Below, piece by piece: positions 18,193-27,054 of a DNA stretch of 64,000 nucleotides. The DNA is from a bacterium (GTDB lineage Bacteria; Patescibacteriota; Minisyncoccia; Minisyncoccales; JANBVM01). Under the pieces are notes generated by a model that was not told the origin of the DNA, ran no database searches, and saw nothing but the letters and a program-made list of their open reading frames with translations. Position numbers and translations under genes: made by a program. How positions within the stretch are numbered: the stretch's first letter is position 1; the number at the start of each line of letters is the position of its first letter. The stretch lies in contig JAUUXB010000002.1 in NCBI GenBank assembly GCA_030588745.1, forward strand, positions 4,683 to 68,682, read 5' to 3'.

Positions 18193-20331
18193 TTAAGCGT
18201 CGGTTAATGATTGCTTTTTTAATTTAAATTCTTTTCTCTCTTTCCACTCACGCTTTTTGCCGTCATTCCATTGTGACACGGGGCGAATGTAACCGACTAT
18301 CCTGGAATAAACCTCGCATGGCTGCTTGATAATGCATTTTGGACACTGAAAATGTTCTCCTGATAAATAACCATGAGAAGGACAAATTGAAAAAGTAGGA
18401 GTTAGGGTGATATATGGCAAGTGAAAGTTCTCAAACACTTTTTTAATCAATGTCTTAACAGTAGAAACATCAGAGATATTTTCACCCAAAAACAGATGTA
18501 AAACAGTGCCGCCAGTATACTTGCACTGAATTTCATCCTGAAGCTTTAAAGCTTCAAAAGCGTCAGTAGTATAATTAACCGGCAATTGGCTTGAATTAGT
18601 ATAGTAAGGCGTTTTTTCTGTTCCAGCAGCAATAATATCAGGATATTGCTCTTTATCTTTTAAAGCCAAGCGATAGGCAGTGCTCTCAGCTGGTGTGGCC
18701 TCAAGATTATAGATATTATTGGTTTCACTTTGGTATTTAACTAGTTTCTTCCTCATAAAATCCATTGTTTCTAAGGCAAATTTTCTTCCTTTTCGTGAAG
18801 TAATATCCGCACCAATGAAATTAAGCAAGGCCTCGTTCATTCCAACCAGTCCAATAGTTGCAAAATGATTAGCATAATAAGCATTTCTCATTTTTTTAAT
18901 ACTTTCCAGATAATATTTTGAATAAGGATAAAGGCCTTTTGTAATATAGTTTTCCAAAACTTTTCTTTTAATTTCCAAACTTTCTTTTGCCAAATTCATT
19001 ACTCTTTCTAGCCGCTTGAAAAAATCTTTTTTGGTTTTTGATAAATAGCCAATTCTGGAAAGATTGATGGTCACCACCCCTATTGATCCTGTAAGCGCTC
19101 CTGCGCCAAATAATCCTCCTCCGCCACGATTATGAAGTTCTTTCAAATCTAACCGAAGCCTACAACACATACTTCTAACATCCTCTGGCTTCATTTCAGA
19201 ATTAATATAATTAGCAAAATAATTAGTTCCATATTTTCCTGATGCCTTAAAAGCTAAATCATATGCAGGATCATCCCAGGGAAAATCTTTTGTAATATTG
19301 ATTGTTGGAATGGGAAAATGAAATGGTTTTCCGGTTTTATCTCCCTCAAGTATTATTTCATAAAATGCTTTGTTAAGGATCTTCATTTCTTCTTCAAATT
19401 CAGCATAAGTTTCTTTCTGGGGCTTGCCACCAATAATAACAGGCTGATTAGCAAAAGAAGGTGACGGTTTTAAATCAAGAGTAATGTTACTAAAAGGACA
19501 CTGAAATCCTACTCTTGTAGGAACAGCCATGTTGTAAAGAAATTCCTGAAATGATTGCTTAACCTGCTTGTAATTTAAATTATCGTAACGGATAAACGGA
19601 GCAAGCAAGGTATCAAAATTAGAAATAGCAACAGCTCCTGCTACTTCACCTTGAACTGTGTATAAAAAGTTTATTATCTGGCCCAGGGCAACTCTTAAGT
19701 GCTTTGCTGGTTTTGATTCTACTTTGCCTATTACTCCACCAAAACCTCTGATCAAAAGGTCATACAAATCCCAGCCAGAGCAATAAGTACCTAAAGTATC
19801 TAGATTATGAATGTGAAAATCCCCAGACCGATGAGCATCTCTCACTTCTTTGGAATAAACTTTATTGAGCCAATATCTTTTAATGATATATGAAACGCCG
19901 TAGCGATTCAGCCCCTGCAGAGAAAAAGCCATGTTAGCATTCTCCTGAACTTCCCAGTCAAGTTTCCCTAAATATTTATCAATTCTATCCACTGCTTCTT
20001 CGCTAACTTTCACTGCCTCTCTTATTCTTCTGCGCTGTTCTCTGTAAAGAATGTAAGCTTTAGCAGTTTCAACCAAGCCTTCTAAAATTAAAACTTCTTC
20101 AACAATATCCTGAATCTGTTCAACATGAGGAATTTCATCTTTTTTAAAGCGTCTGTCTAATATTTTAATTACCTCTTGAGTTAATTTCTTTGACTTGACG
20201 CCATCACCTTGGCCAGTAGCAGTAATAGCTTTAAAAATTGCATTGGAAATTTTTAAACCATCAAAATCAGTTATTGTCCCATCTCTTTTTTGAACCTTAG
20301 TAGTTTTACTTTTAACAGCTTGTTTAGTCAT
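18193..20331 (-). CDS. nrdD: class III anaerobic ribonucleoside-triphosphate reductase with ATP-cone
   Basis: VQKRDG ATP-cone, RSMCCRL, EATPAE, SRIVGY glycyl-radical loop. Confidence 0.95.
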   Translation of the reverse strand: MTKQAVKSKTTKVQKRDGTITDFDGLKISNAIFKAITATGQGDGVKSKKLTQEVIKILDRRFKKDEIPHVEQIQDIVEEVLILEGLVETAKAYILYREQRRRIREAVKVSEEAVDRIDKYLGKLDWEVQENANMAFSLQGLNRYGVSYIIKRYWLNKVYSKEVRDAHRSGDFHIHNLDTLGTYCSGWDLYDLLIRGFGGVIGKVESKPAKHLRVALGQIINFLYTVQGEVAGAVAISNFDTLLAPFIRYDNLNYKQVKQSFQEFLYNMAVPTRVGFQCPFSNITLDLKPSPSFANQPVIIGGKPQKETYAEFEEEMKILNKAFYEIILEGDKTGKPFHFPIPTINITKDFPWDDPAYDLAFKASGKYGTNYFANYINSEMKPEDVRSMCCRLRLDLKELHNRGGGGLFGAGALTGSIGVVTINLSRIGYLSKTKKDFFKRLERVMNLAKESLEIKRKVLENYITKGLYPYSKYYLESIKKMRNAYYANHFATIGLVGMNEALLNFIGADITSRKGRKFALETMDFMRKKLVKYQSETNNIYNLEATPAESTAYRLALKDKEQYPDIIAAGTEKTPYYTNSSQLPVNYTTDAFEALKLQDEIQCKYTGGTVLHLFLGENISDVSTVKTLIKKVFENFHLPYITLTPTFSICPSHGYLSGEHFQCPKCIIKQPCEVYSRIVGYIRPVSQWNDGKKREWKERKEFKLKKQSLTDA

Positions 20332-20399
20332 AATAATTACATTTTACTTCAACAAAAAAAAACGGTCAAATATCCAGTCAATTCAGTCAAAATTTTAAC

Positions 20400-20408
20400 T
20401 TATCCACA
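20400..20408 (+). promoter_or_regulatory. DnaA box upstream of nrdD
   Basis: Perfect TTATCCACA in the ftsZ-nrdD intergenic region. Confidence 0.55.
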
Positions 20409-20420
20409 GAGTTTAAAAAA

Positions 20421-21365
20421 CTAAAATCCTGTAACAATAACTGTTACTTTTATTTCTCCATTTCTTAGCTGTTCATCCTGAACAGCACCAAAAACAACTT
20501 TTGCTTTTGGATTGATTTCTTTTGTAATTAGTTTGCCAATTTCCTCAATTTCAAACAAAGATATATCCTCACCACCAGAAACATTAAATAAAACTCCTTT
20601 TGCACCTTTTGGCCTGATATCTAAAAGTGGAGAGCTTAAAGCAAGAGCTGTTGCCTCTAATGCTCTTTTTTCACCTTTGGCTGTTCCCATGCCAAAGAGA
20701 ACGCTCCCAGAATTTTTAAGAATTGATTTTACATCAGCAAAATCAATATTCACAATCCCTGGCAGCATAATCAAATCAGAAATTCCTTTAACCGCTTCTC
20801 TTAAAACATCATCACAAAGCCAGAAAGCATTAAGAAGCGAAGTTGTAGGGTCTAAACAATGAAGTAATTTGTCATTTTTAATCACTAAAAGCGCATCAAC
20901 TTTTTGTTGTAATAGCTTTCTGCTATTTTCCGCAATTTTCCTCCTGTAAACTCCCTCAAAGGAAAAAGGTAAAGTGGTAATTGCTACTGTTAAAGCACCT
21001 GTTTTTTTAGCAATTTGAGCAATGATAGGGCTAGCACCACTACCAGTTCCACCTCCCAGTCCTCCTGTAATAAAAATCATGTCAGCGCCTTTTAATGACT
21101 CATAAATTTTATCTTTACTTTCTTTTGCTGCTAATTCACCAACCTGAGGTTTCATGCCTGTTCCTAAGCCCTTGGTTATTTTTTCTCCTATTCTTAATTT
21201 CACATCAGCCTGAATCTTTTTTAAGTCCTGATAATCAGTATTCATTGCAATTAATTCAATTCCTTTAATTCTTGATTTTTTCATTCTTGATATGGCATTG
21301 CCACCTGAACCGCCAACTCCTACTACTTTAATATTTGTTGTTAATTTTTTAATCCTCTTTTTCAT
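20421..21365 (-). CDS. ftsZ: cell division protein FtsZ
   Basis: VGVGGSGGN, GLGGGTGSG, NIDFADV; ends at IVTGF. Confidence 0.95.
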   Translation of the reverse strand: MKKRIKKLTTNIKVVGVGGSGGNAISRMKKSRIKGIELIAMNTDYQDLKKIQADVKLRIGEKITKGLGTGMKPQVGELAAKESKDKIYESLKGADMIFITGGLGGGTGSGASPIIAQIAKKTGALTVAITTLPFSFEGVYRRKIAENSRKLLQQKVDALLVIKNDKLLHCLDPTTSLLNAFWLCDDVLREAVKGISDLIMLPGIVNIDFADVKSILKNSGSVLFGMGTAKGEKRALEATALALSSPLLDIRPKGAKGVLFNVSGGEDISLFEIEEIGKLITKEINPKAKVVFGAVQDEQLRNGEIKVTVIVTGF

Positions 21366-22570
21366 GGAATAAAAATTCTAAATATTTTTTTAATTTTAGA
21401 ACCAAGCTTTTTCCCAAATCCAAAACCCTGTTCTTTTTCTTCCAAATCAGCACCTAAAAGAACCAAACCACAAGCAGTTGCCCAGCTTAAATCTCTTTCA
21501 ATGCCTGTTATTCCTTGTGGTTTGCCTAAAAAACATGGGAGACAGAATTTCTTTTTTGCCAACTTAACAATTTTTGGCAATTTTGCTCCGCCTCCAATTA
21601 AAATCACTCCAGCTGGAAGCCGTTTTTCTTTTGATATTTTCTTAAGTTCCTCATTAATTTGTTCAAAAATTTCTGAAACCCTGATTGCAATAATTTTTGT
21701 TAAGAATTTTTGTGAAAAAATTAAAGGTTCTTCTTCCTCTATTACAACTTTCTTTTTAATATCTCTTCCGCTGAAAACACAGGAGCCGTACTTAATTTTA
21801 ATTCTTTCTGCGCTGTCAATGTCAGTATATAATCCAACAGCAATATCTGAAGTAATATTGTCTGAACCTATGGGTATCACTGCCAGATGAATCAAACTCC
21901 CTTCTTCAAAAACAGCTAGATTGGTAACACCAGCTCCAATATCAACCAAAGCAACACCAAGCTCTTTCTGTTTTTCAGTTAATGATGACCGGGCTGCTGC
22001 CAGAGCAGAAGGCACTAAATCAAGTATTTCCAAATCAGAGTTTAAAATTGCCTGTCTTGTATTTTTAAGATATGGAGAAAATCCTCCTAAAGCCAAAACT
22101 TCTGTCTCTAATCTTACTCCTTCAAGACCAATGGGTTCTCTTATTCCTCTTTCTCCATCAATAATAAATTCTTTTGGTAAAATATCAAAAATTTCCTTGT
22201 TTGAAGGAAGGTTAATTGCCCGAGCTGCCTGCAATACTCTTTGGATGTCTTCTTCAGAAATTTTTCTATCAGCCCTGGAAACAGAAACTAATCCGTGGGA
22301 ACAGGAAGAAAAAATATGACTTCCACTTAAGTTGACATAAACCGAATTAATTGGCCTGCCTAAGTCTTGAGAAACTTTTGAAAAAACATTTTTTAATACA
22401 TCTGATATTTTTTCTACGCTGACTACTGTTCCTTTTCTAATACCATCTGACTCTTCTTTAGTTGTTAAAACTGCCTCTATTACATTTTTCTTTGCGTCCT
22501 TTTTAGTAATTAAAACCTTTACGCTTGAAGACCCTATATCCAAACCGGTTATTATTTTTTTTCTTGCCAT
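21362..22570 (-). CDS. ftsA: cell division protein FtsA
   Basis: GLDIGSS, VDIGAG, GGGAKL actin-fold motifs. Confidence 0.95.
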   Translation of the reverse strand: MARKKIITGLDIGSSSVKVLITKKDAKKNVIEAVLTTKEESDGIRKGTVVSVEKISDVLKNVFSKVSQDLGRPINSVYVNLSGSHIFSSCSHGLVSVSRADRKISEEDIQRVLQAARAINLPSNKEIFDILPKEFIIDGERGIREPIGLEGVRLETEVLALGGFSPYLKNTRQAILNSDLEILDLVPSALAAARSSLTEKQKELGVALVDIGAGVTNLAVFEEGSLIHLAVIPIGSDNITSDIAVGLYTDIDSAERIKIKYGSCVFSGRDIKKKVVIEEEEPLIFSQKFLTKIIAIRVSEIFEQINEELKKISKEKRLPAGVILIGGGAKLPKIVKLAKKKFCLPCFLGKPQGITGIERDLSWATACGLVLLGADLEEKEQGFGFGKKLGSKIKKIFRIFIP

Positions 22571-22577
22571 TTGATTA

Positions 22578-23012
22578 TTAAAAGTATGGGAATAAATAAT
22601 AATTTTCTTTGCCTTTCATTTCTTTTGCTTTTTGCTCTGACTTCTCGTGGCTATAACCTAAAAGGTGTAAAATCCCGTGAATAAGTGCTCTGGATAATTC
22701 TTTTTTAAATAAAAGGCCTAATTTTTTAGCATTTTTTTTGATAAATTGGGGGCAGATAACCACTTCACCTAAGATATTTTCAAATTCTTTTATTTTCCCC
22801 ATAAAATCTTTGGTTTCAGAAAAAGATAAAACATCAGTTGGTTTGTTTTTGTTTAAATACTTTTTGTTTAAACCCCTCATTTCTTTTTCTTTTATAAAAG
22901 CTACTGAAACAATATGTCTTCCTTTATTTTCACCTCTTAAAACAGCTTGGCTAACTTTTTTTAAAAATTTTTTATCAAGAACAAAATCTGTTAGATTGTT
23001 AATCTCAATCAT
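22578..23012 (-). CDS. ybeY: rRNA maturation endoribonuclease YbeY
   Basis: PTDVLSF, HGILHLLGYSH. Confidence 0.95.
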   Translation of the reverse strand: MIEINNLTDFVLDKKFLKKVSQAVLRGENKGRHIVSVAFIKEKEMRGLNKKYLNKNKPTDVLSFSETKDFMGKIKEFENILGEVVICPQFIKKNAKKLGLLFKKELSRALIHGILHLLGYSHEKSEQKAKEMKGKENYYLFPYF

Positions 23013-23014
23013 AA

Positions 23015-23509
23015 TCAGGAAAGCAAATCCTTAACAATTTTTGAAATTAAAGCTCCGCTTGCTTTACCTTTAACTTTTGGCATGAGTCCTGACATCACTT
23101 TTCCCATATCCTTAATGCTTTCTGCTTTTGTTTCTTTGATAACCTCTTTTGCTAATTCTTTAATTTCTTTTTCTTCGAGTTGTTGAGGCATATATGTTTT
23201 TAAAACTTCAAGTTCTTGTTCTTCTTTTTTTACCAAGTCATCTCTTTTACCTTTTCTAAATTCAGCAATCGCTTCTTCTGATTTTTTTGTTTTTAATATA
23301 ATAACATCCAAAATTTCCTCGTCAGTTAAAATACTTTTTTCTTCTAGTTCCTTATCGGTGAAATCTGGATTTTCTTTGCTCAGTTGATATCTTTTTTCCT
23401 TTTCTTTATTAAAAATATCAGTTTTCAATAGTCTTAAAACTGAAACTTCAATTTCTTTTTTTTGTTTTAAAGCATTTTTGAAATCTGTTTCAAGTTTATC
23501 CTTAAGCAT
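23015..23509 (-). CDS. GatB/YqeY domain protein
   Basis: YMPQQL, KDMGKVM, KGKASG. Confidence 0.9.
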   Translation of the reverse strand: MLKDKLETDFKNALKQKKEIEVSVLRLLKTDIFNKEKEKRYQLSKENPDFTDKELEEKSILTDEEILDVIILKTKKSEEAIAEFRKGKRDDLVKKEEQELEVLKTYMPQQLEEKEIKELAKEVIKETKAESIKDMGKVMSGLMPKVKGKASGALISKIVKDLLS

Positions 23510-23542
23510 ACTGATTAAAAAATAAATAATAATTTTTACTAA

Positions 23543-23761
23543 TTATCTTTTTAAACCCAGCTTTTTCATTCTTTGATACTCCTTCCTCTTTTCTTCTCTC
23601 CTTAAAGCTGCTCTATTTTTGAGCTGGCGGGATTTTTTCCTTTGCTTATACTTTTTCTTTCTTGCTCTAATCAAAAGACCGCTTTGTTTAACTCTTTTGC
23701 TAAAGCGTCTTACCAAGCTTTGTGACGTTTCTCTTTCTCTTTTTGTTACTTCTAAAGCCAT
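23543..23761 (-). CDS. rpsU: 30S ribosomal protein S21 (CPR-type)
   Basis: Basic 72-aa protein, LVRRFSKRVKQSG; lies between hit and yqeY. Confidence 0.75.
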   Translation of the reverse strand: MALEVTKRERETSQSLVRRFSKRVKQSGLLIRARKKKYKQRKKSRQLKNRAALRREEKRKEYQRMKKLGLKR

Positions 23762-23785
23762 AATTTTGATTTAATTGTTCAGTAT

Positions 23786-24142
23786 TTATGGTGTTTTTTG
23801 TTCATGCATTTTTTCTTCAGTTTGCCATCCACCCAAAACATGAAGGTGAATATGGTCTATCATTTGTCCTGCGCTTCTTCCAACATTAAATGCTAATTTA
23901 TATCCTTGATCTTTAATTTTAAGTTTTTCTGCAACCTTTTTGGCAGTTAAAATCAAACCTCCAATTAATTCTTTGTCAGTTTCTTTTAAATCGTTTACTG
24001 AATTAATGTGTTTTTTGGGAATAATTAAAACATGGATTGGAGCTCTAGGATTTATATCCTTAAAAGCAATAAATGTTTCATCTTTGTAAATCACTTCTGA
24101 ATTCATTTCTTTATTTATAATTTTGCAAAATATACAATCCAT
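23786..24142 (-). CDS. histidine triad (HIT) nucleotide-binding protein
   Basis: DCIFCKI, HIHLHVLGG. Confidence 0.95.
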   Translation of the reverse strand: MDCIFCKIINKEMNSEVIYKDETFIAFKDINPRAPIHVLIIPKKHINSVNDLKETDKELIGGLILTAKKVAEKLKIKDQGYKLAFNVGRSAGQMIDHIHLHVLGGWQTEEKMHEQKTP

Positions 24143-24155
24143 AAAAAGTAATAAA

Positions 24156-25445
24156 TTATTTTTTAATCTTTTTCTTAATCTCGTTCACCACTTTAACTAA
24201 ATCTACTTCCTGTTGTTTTCCTGTTTTCATTTCTCTTATAATAATTGAATTGGCTAAAGCTTCTTTTTGGCCAAATATTAAACTGTATTGAACACCAATC
24301 TTATTTGCAATATTAAGTTGAACGCTTAAAGAATCACGCCCCAAAGAAGAGTAAAACGGTATCTTTGCTTTCCTGAACTCTTCTGCTAATTTTAAGGTCT
24401 TCCTTTTTGCTAAATTGCCAAGCTGAGCTAAGAATACTTTTGGCTTTGGTTTTTGAGCAGGTTTTAAGGCTCGCTCTTTCATTAAAAGTATTATTCTATC
24501 AATGCCTCCTGCTATTCCTACAGCTGGCGTTGGTTTACCACCTAAAAGTTTTACTAAATCATCATACCTGCCTCCGCCAGCCAAGGCAATAGTGGTTAAT
24601 TCTGAAGAATCTTTCTTTTTTTCTTGAACGAAAAATTCAAAAACTGTGCGAGTATAATAATCTAAACCTCTAACCAAATGAGGGTTTAAATTATAGGGCA
24701 GTTCAAGCTCGTCTAAAAACTCAAGAAATTCTTTAAAATGTTTTCGGCAATCAGAACAAAGATGATCAATTGTCTGAGGCGCTTCTGAAGATATTTTCTG
24801 ACATTTTTCCTGTTTACAATCCAATATTCTTAAAGGGTTTTCTTTAACCTTTCTTTTACAATTAACACACAAATTGCCAGCTCTTGACCTAAGATAGCTT
24901 ACCAAAAGCTTTTTATAATAAGGCCTGCAACAGCTGGCACCAATACTATTTACCTCAATACCTATATTTTTGATTTTAAGGTCTTTAAAAATACTATATG
25001 CAATCTGTACAATTTCAGCATCAATAGCTGAACTTTCTTCGCCTAAAATCTCCAAACCAAACTGCCAGAACTGACGAAATCTTCCAGACTGGGGTTTTTC
25101 ATGGCGAAAATAAGGTCCAGAATGCCAAAGCTTAACAGGTTTAGGTAGATTTTTCATGCCATGTTCTATATAGGCCCTAACAATCGGAGCAGTTCCTTCT
25201 GGTCTTAAAGCCAGGTAATTCCCGCCTTTTGTTCTTAAAGTGAATATTTCTTTTTTAACTATGTCTGTAGAAAGACCTATCCCTTTAGAAAAAAGCTCCC
25301 GCTGTTCCAATATAGGAGTTTCTATTCTTTTGAAACTGTAAGAACCTGCAATATTTTCAACAACAGTATTAATTTTTTCATAATATCCATAATCATCTTC
25401 TAGGATATCATGCATTCCTGTTGGTGATTGAAATTTTAATCTCAT
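24156..25445 (-). CDS. hisS: histidine--tRNA ligase
   Basis: LRPEGTA, FRHEKPQSGRFRQF, RGLDYY, GGGRYD. Confidence 0.95.
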   Translation of the reverse strand: MRLKFQSPTGMHDILEDDYGYYEKINTVVENIAGSYSFKRIETPILEQRELFSKGIGLSTDIVKKEIFTLRTKGGNYLALRPEGTAPIVRAYIEHGMKNLPKPVKLWHSGPYFRHEKPQSGRFRQFWQFGLEILGEESSAIDAEIVQIAYSIFKDLKIKNIGIEVNSIGASCCRPYYKKLLVSYLRSRAGNLCVNCKRKVKENPLRILDCKQEKCQKISSEAPQTIDHLCSDCRKHFKEFLEFLDELELPYNLNPHLVRGLDYYTRTVFEFFVQEKKKDSSELTTIALAGGGRYDDLVKLLGGKPTPAVGIAGGIDRIILLMKERALKPAQKPKPKVFLAQLGNLAKRKTLKLAEEFRKAKIPFYSSLGRDSLSVQLNIANKIGVQYSLIFGQKEALANSIIIREMKTGKQQEVDLVKVVNEIKKKIKK

Positions 25446-25459
25446 AAATTAGTTAAATT

Positions 25460-26002
25460 TTAGTAAGCTGGAGCTTCTATTTTAGCTAAGGCTGTAAATG
25501 GCCAGGCTCTTAAATAGACTTTGCCAACAATAAATTCTTTCAAAAGAGATCCCCAGCGTCTTGAATCAGAAGAAAAAGCCCTATTATCTCCTAATACAAA
25601 ATATTCATTCTCTGACAATGAAGTTTTTATTTCCCCAGTTGTATAACTATCAGACAAATATTCTGATTCATCTAAAACAAACTTTTCACTTCCATTAACA
25701 ATAATTATCTGGCCATTCTCAATAATTACTGTTTCACCTGGAAGTCCGATTATTCTTTTAATATAGCGTTGAGTAGGACTCTGAGGATATTTAAAAACAA
25801 CCACCTCTCCTCTTTGAGGATCTCTGAACCTATAAGTAATCTCATCAACAATTAAATAATCACTATTAAAAAAATTAGGCTCCATTGATATGCCTTGAAC
25901 AAAAAAAGGTTGAAAAATAAAATAACGAACAGGAAACACTATAATAATCGCTAAAATCACTATTTTGATGGTTTCCAATAAAAAAGAGAGAAAGTCTTTC
26001 AT
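25460..26002 (-). CDS. lepB: signal peptidase I
   Basis: GISMEP, YIKRIIGLPGE, GDNRAFSSDSR. Confidence 0.95.
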   Translation of the reverse strand: MKDFLSFLLETIKIVILAIIIVFPVRYFIFQPFFVQGISMEPNFFNSDYLIVDEITYRFRDPQRGEVVVFKYPQSPTQRYIKRIIGLPGETVIIENGQIIIVNGSEKFVLDESEYLSDSYTTGEIKTSLSENEYFVLGDNRAFSSDSRRWGSLLKEFIVGKVYLRAWPFTALAKIEAPAY

Positions 26003-26086
26003 AATATGCTTATTTTACCAGTTTTTTCGTGTTTGGCAAGCTTAAACTCTTGAGTATATTTTAAATTTAAGAAATAATGGATAAAT

Positions 26087-26641
26087 ATGAAAATTATTAT
26101 TGGCTTAGGAAATCCAGAAAAAAAACATGAATCAACCAGACACAATCTTGGCAGATTAATAATTAAAAGCTTTCAAAAAAAAGTTGGTTTTCCTGATTTT
26201 GAATTAAAGAAAAAAATGAAAGCTTTAATTTCTAAAAAAGGAAAAACAATTCTAGCTTTACCTGAAACTTTTATGAATGCTTCTGGTAAATCTGTAAAGC
26301 TGTTAGTTAAAAACTACAAACTAAAAACAAATAATATTGTTGTAGTTCATGATGATTTTGCTCTTGAATTGGGAAAATTAAGAATTTCTAAAAACAGAAG
26401 TTCTGGAGGGCACAAGGGAATTCAATCAATAATCAACGAACTAAAAACAAAAGATTTTATCCGTTTTCGCATCGGAATAAAACCAAAGCGTCAACCTAAA
26501 AACTTAGATAAATTTGTTCTTAAAAAATTTACAAAACAAGAAAAAGAGGTTATAAAAAAAGCTATCAAAGAGTGTGTTAAAGCGCTTGAACTTGAATTAA
26601 AACAAGGATTAGAAAAAGCAATGAACGAATATAATAAATAA
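26087..26641 (+). CDS. pth: peptidyl-tRNA hydrolase
   Basis: IIGLGNP, TRHNLG, PETFMNASG, SGGHKG. Confidence 0.95.
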   Translation: MKIIIGLGNPEKKHESTRHNLGRLIIKSFQKKVGFPDFELKKKMKALISKKGKTILALPETFMNASGKSVKLLVKNYKLKTNNIVVVHDDFALELGKLRISKNRSSGGHKGIQSIINELKTKDFIRFRIGIKPKRQPKNLDKFVLKKFTKQEKEVIKKAIKECVKALELELKQGLEKAMNEYNK

Positions 26642-26731
26642 AAGCGAGATAAATAGAACGGGATTAGACCTATACTAATAAATGTTTTCAGAAAATATAG
26701 ATAGAATAAAAAAAGAAGGTCACAAAGGACC

Positions 26732-26917
26732 CTAATTAGTTTTTAAAATATCCCAAATATCCCGCACGATTCCATATGGCATTGTAATAAACAAAAATCG
26801 CCCTGTGGAAATTATTTCTTTTATATTATCTATCAAACAATCATGTAGATAATCCCAAAAGTCCTCACAACAGACACCATCGACTTGTTTCTCTTCGTCG
26901 ACTTGTTTCTCTTCCAT
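26732..26917 (-). CDS. small orphan protein (61 aa) with tandem EEKQVD repeat
   Basis: AGGAGAGG SD, TTGATT promoter, downstream hairpin. Confidence 0.55.
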   Translation of the reverse strand: MEEKQVDEEKQVDGVCCEDFWDYLHDCLIDNIKEIISTGRFLFITMPYGIVRDIWDILKTN

Positions 26918-27054
26918 TTTAAAATCCTCTCCTTTTTAAAGATACTATATTTTTCGATATCTAAATATAAAACATTTAAACTTAAAAATCAAATGCTTTT
27001 AAAAATTTTAAAATTACTGTTATAGTTTAATAATTATAGACAAAATCAAAGTTT

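Noticed and set aside
20400-20408. Replication origin
   Set aside because: A single DnaA box in a 90-bp spacer, with no box cluster or dnaA gene nearby
26652-26661. AATAGAACGG shared with about 43884, as a further att site
   Set aside because: No GCTCC or GGAC at the expected spacing; a 10-mer match in AT-rich DNA can be chance
26880-26914. 18-nt tandem duplication (EEKQVD x2) as a functional repeat system
   Set aside because: Only two copies in a small orphan; simple slippage is a sufficient explanation
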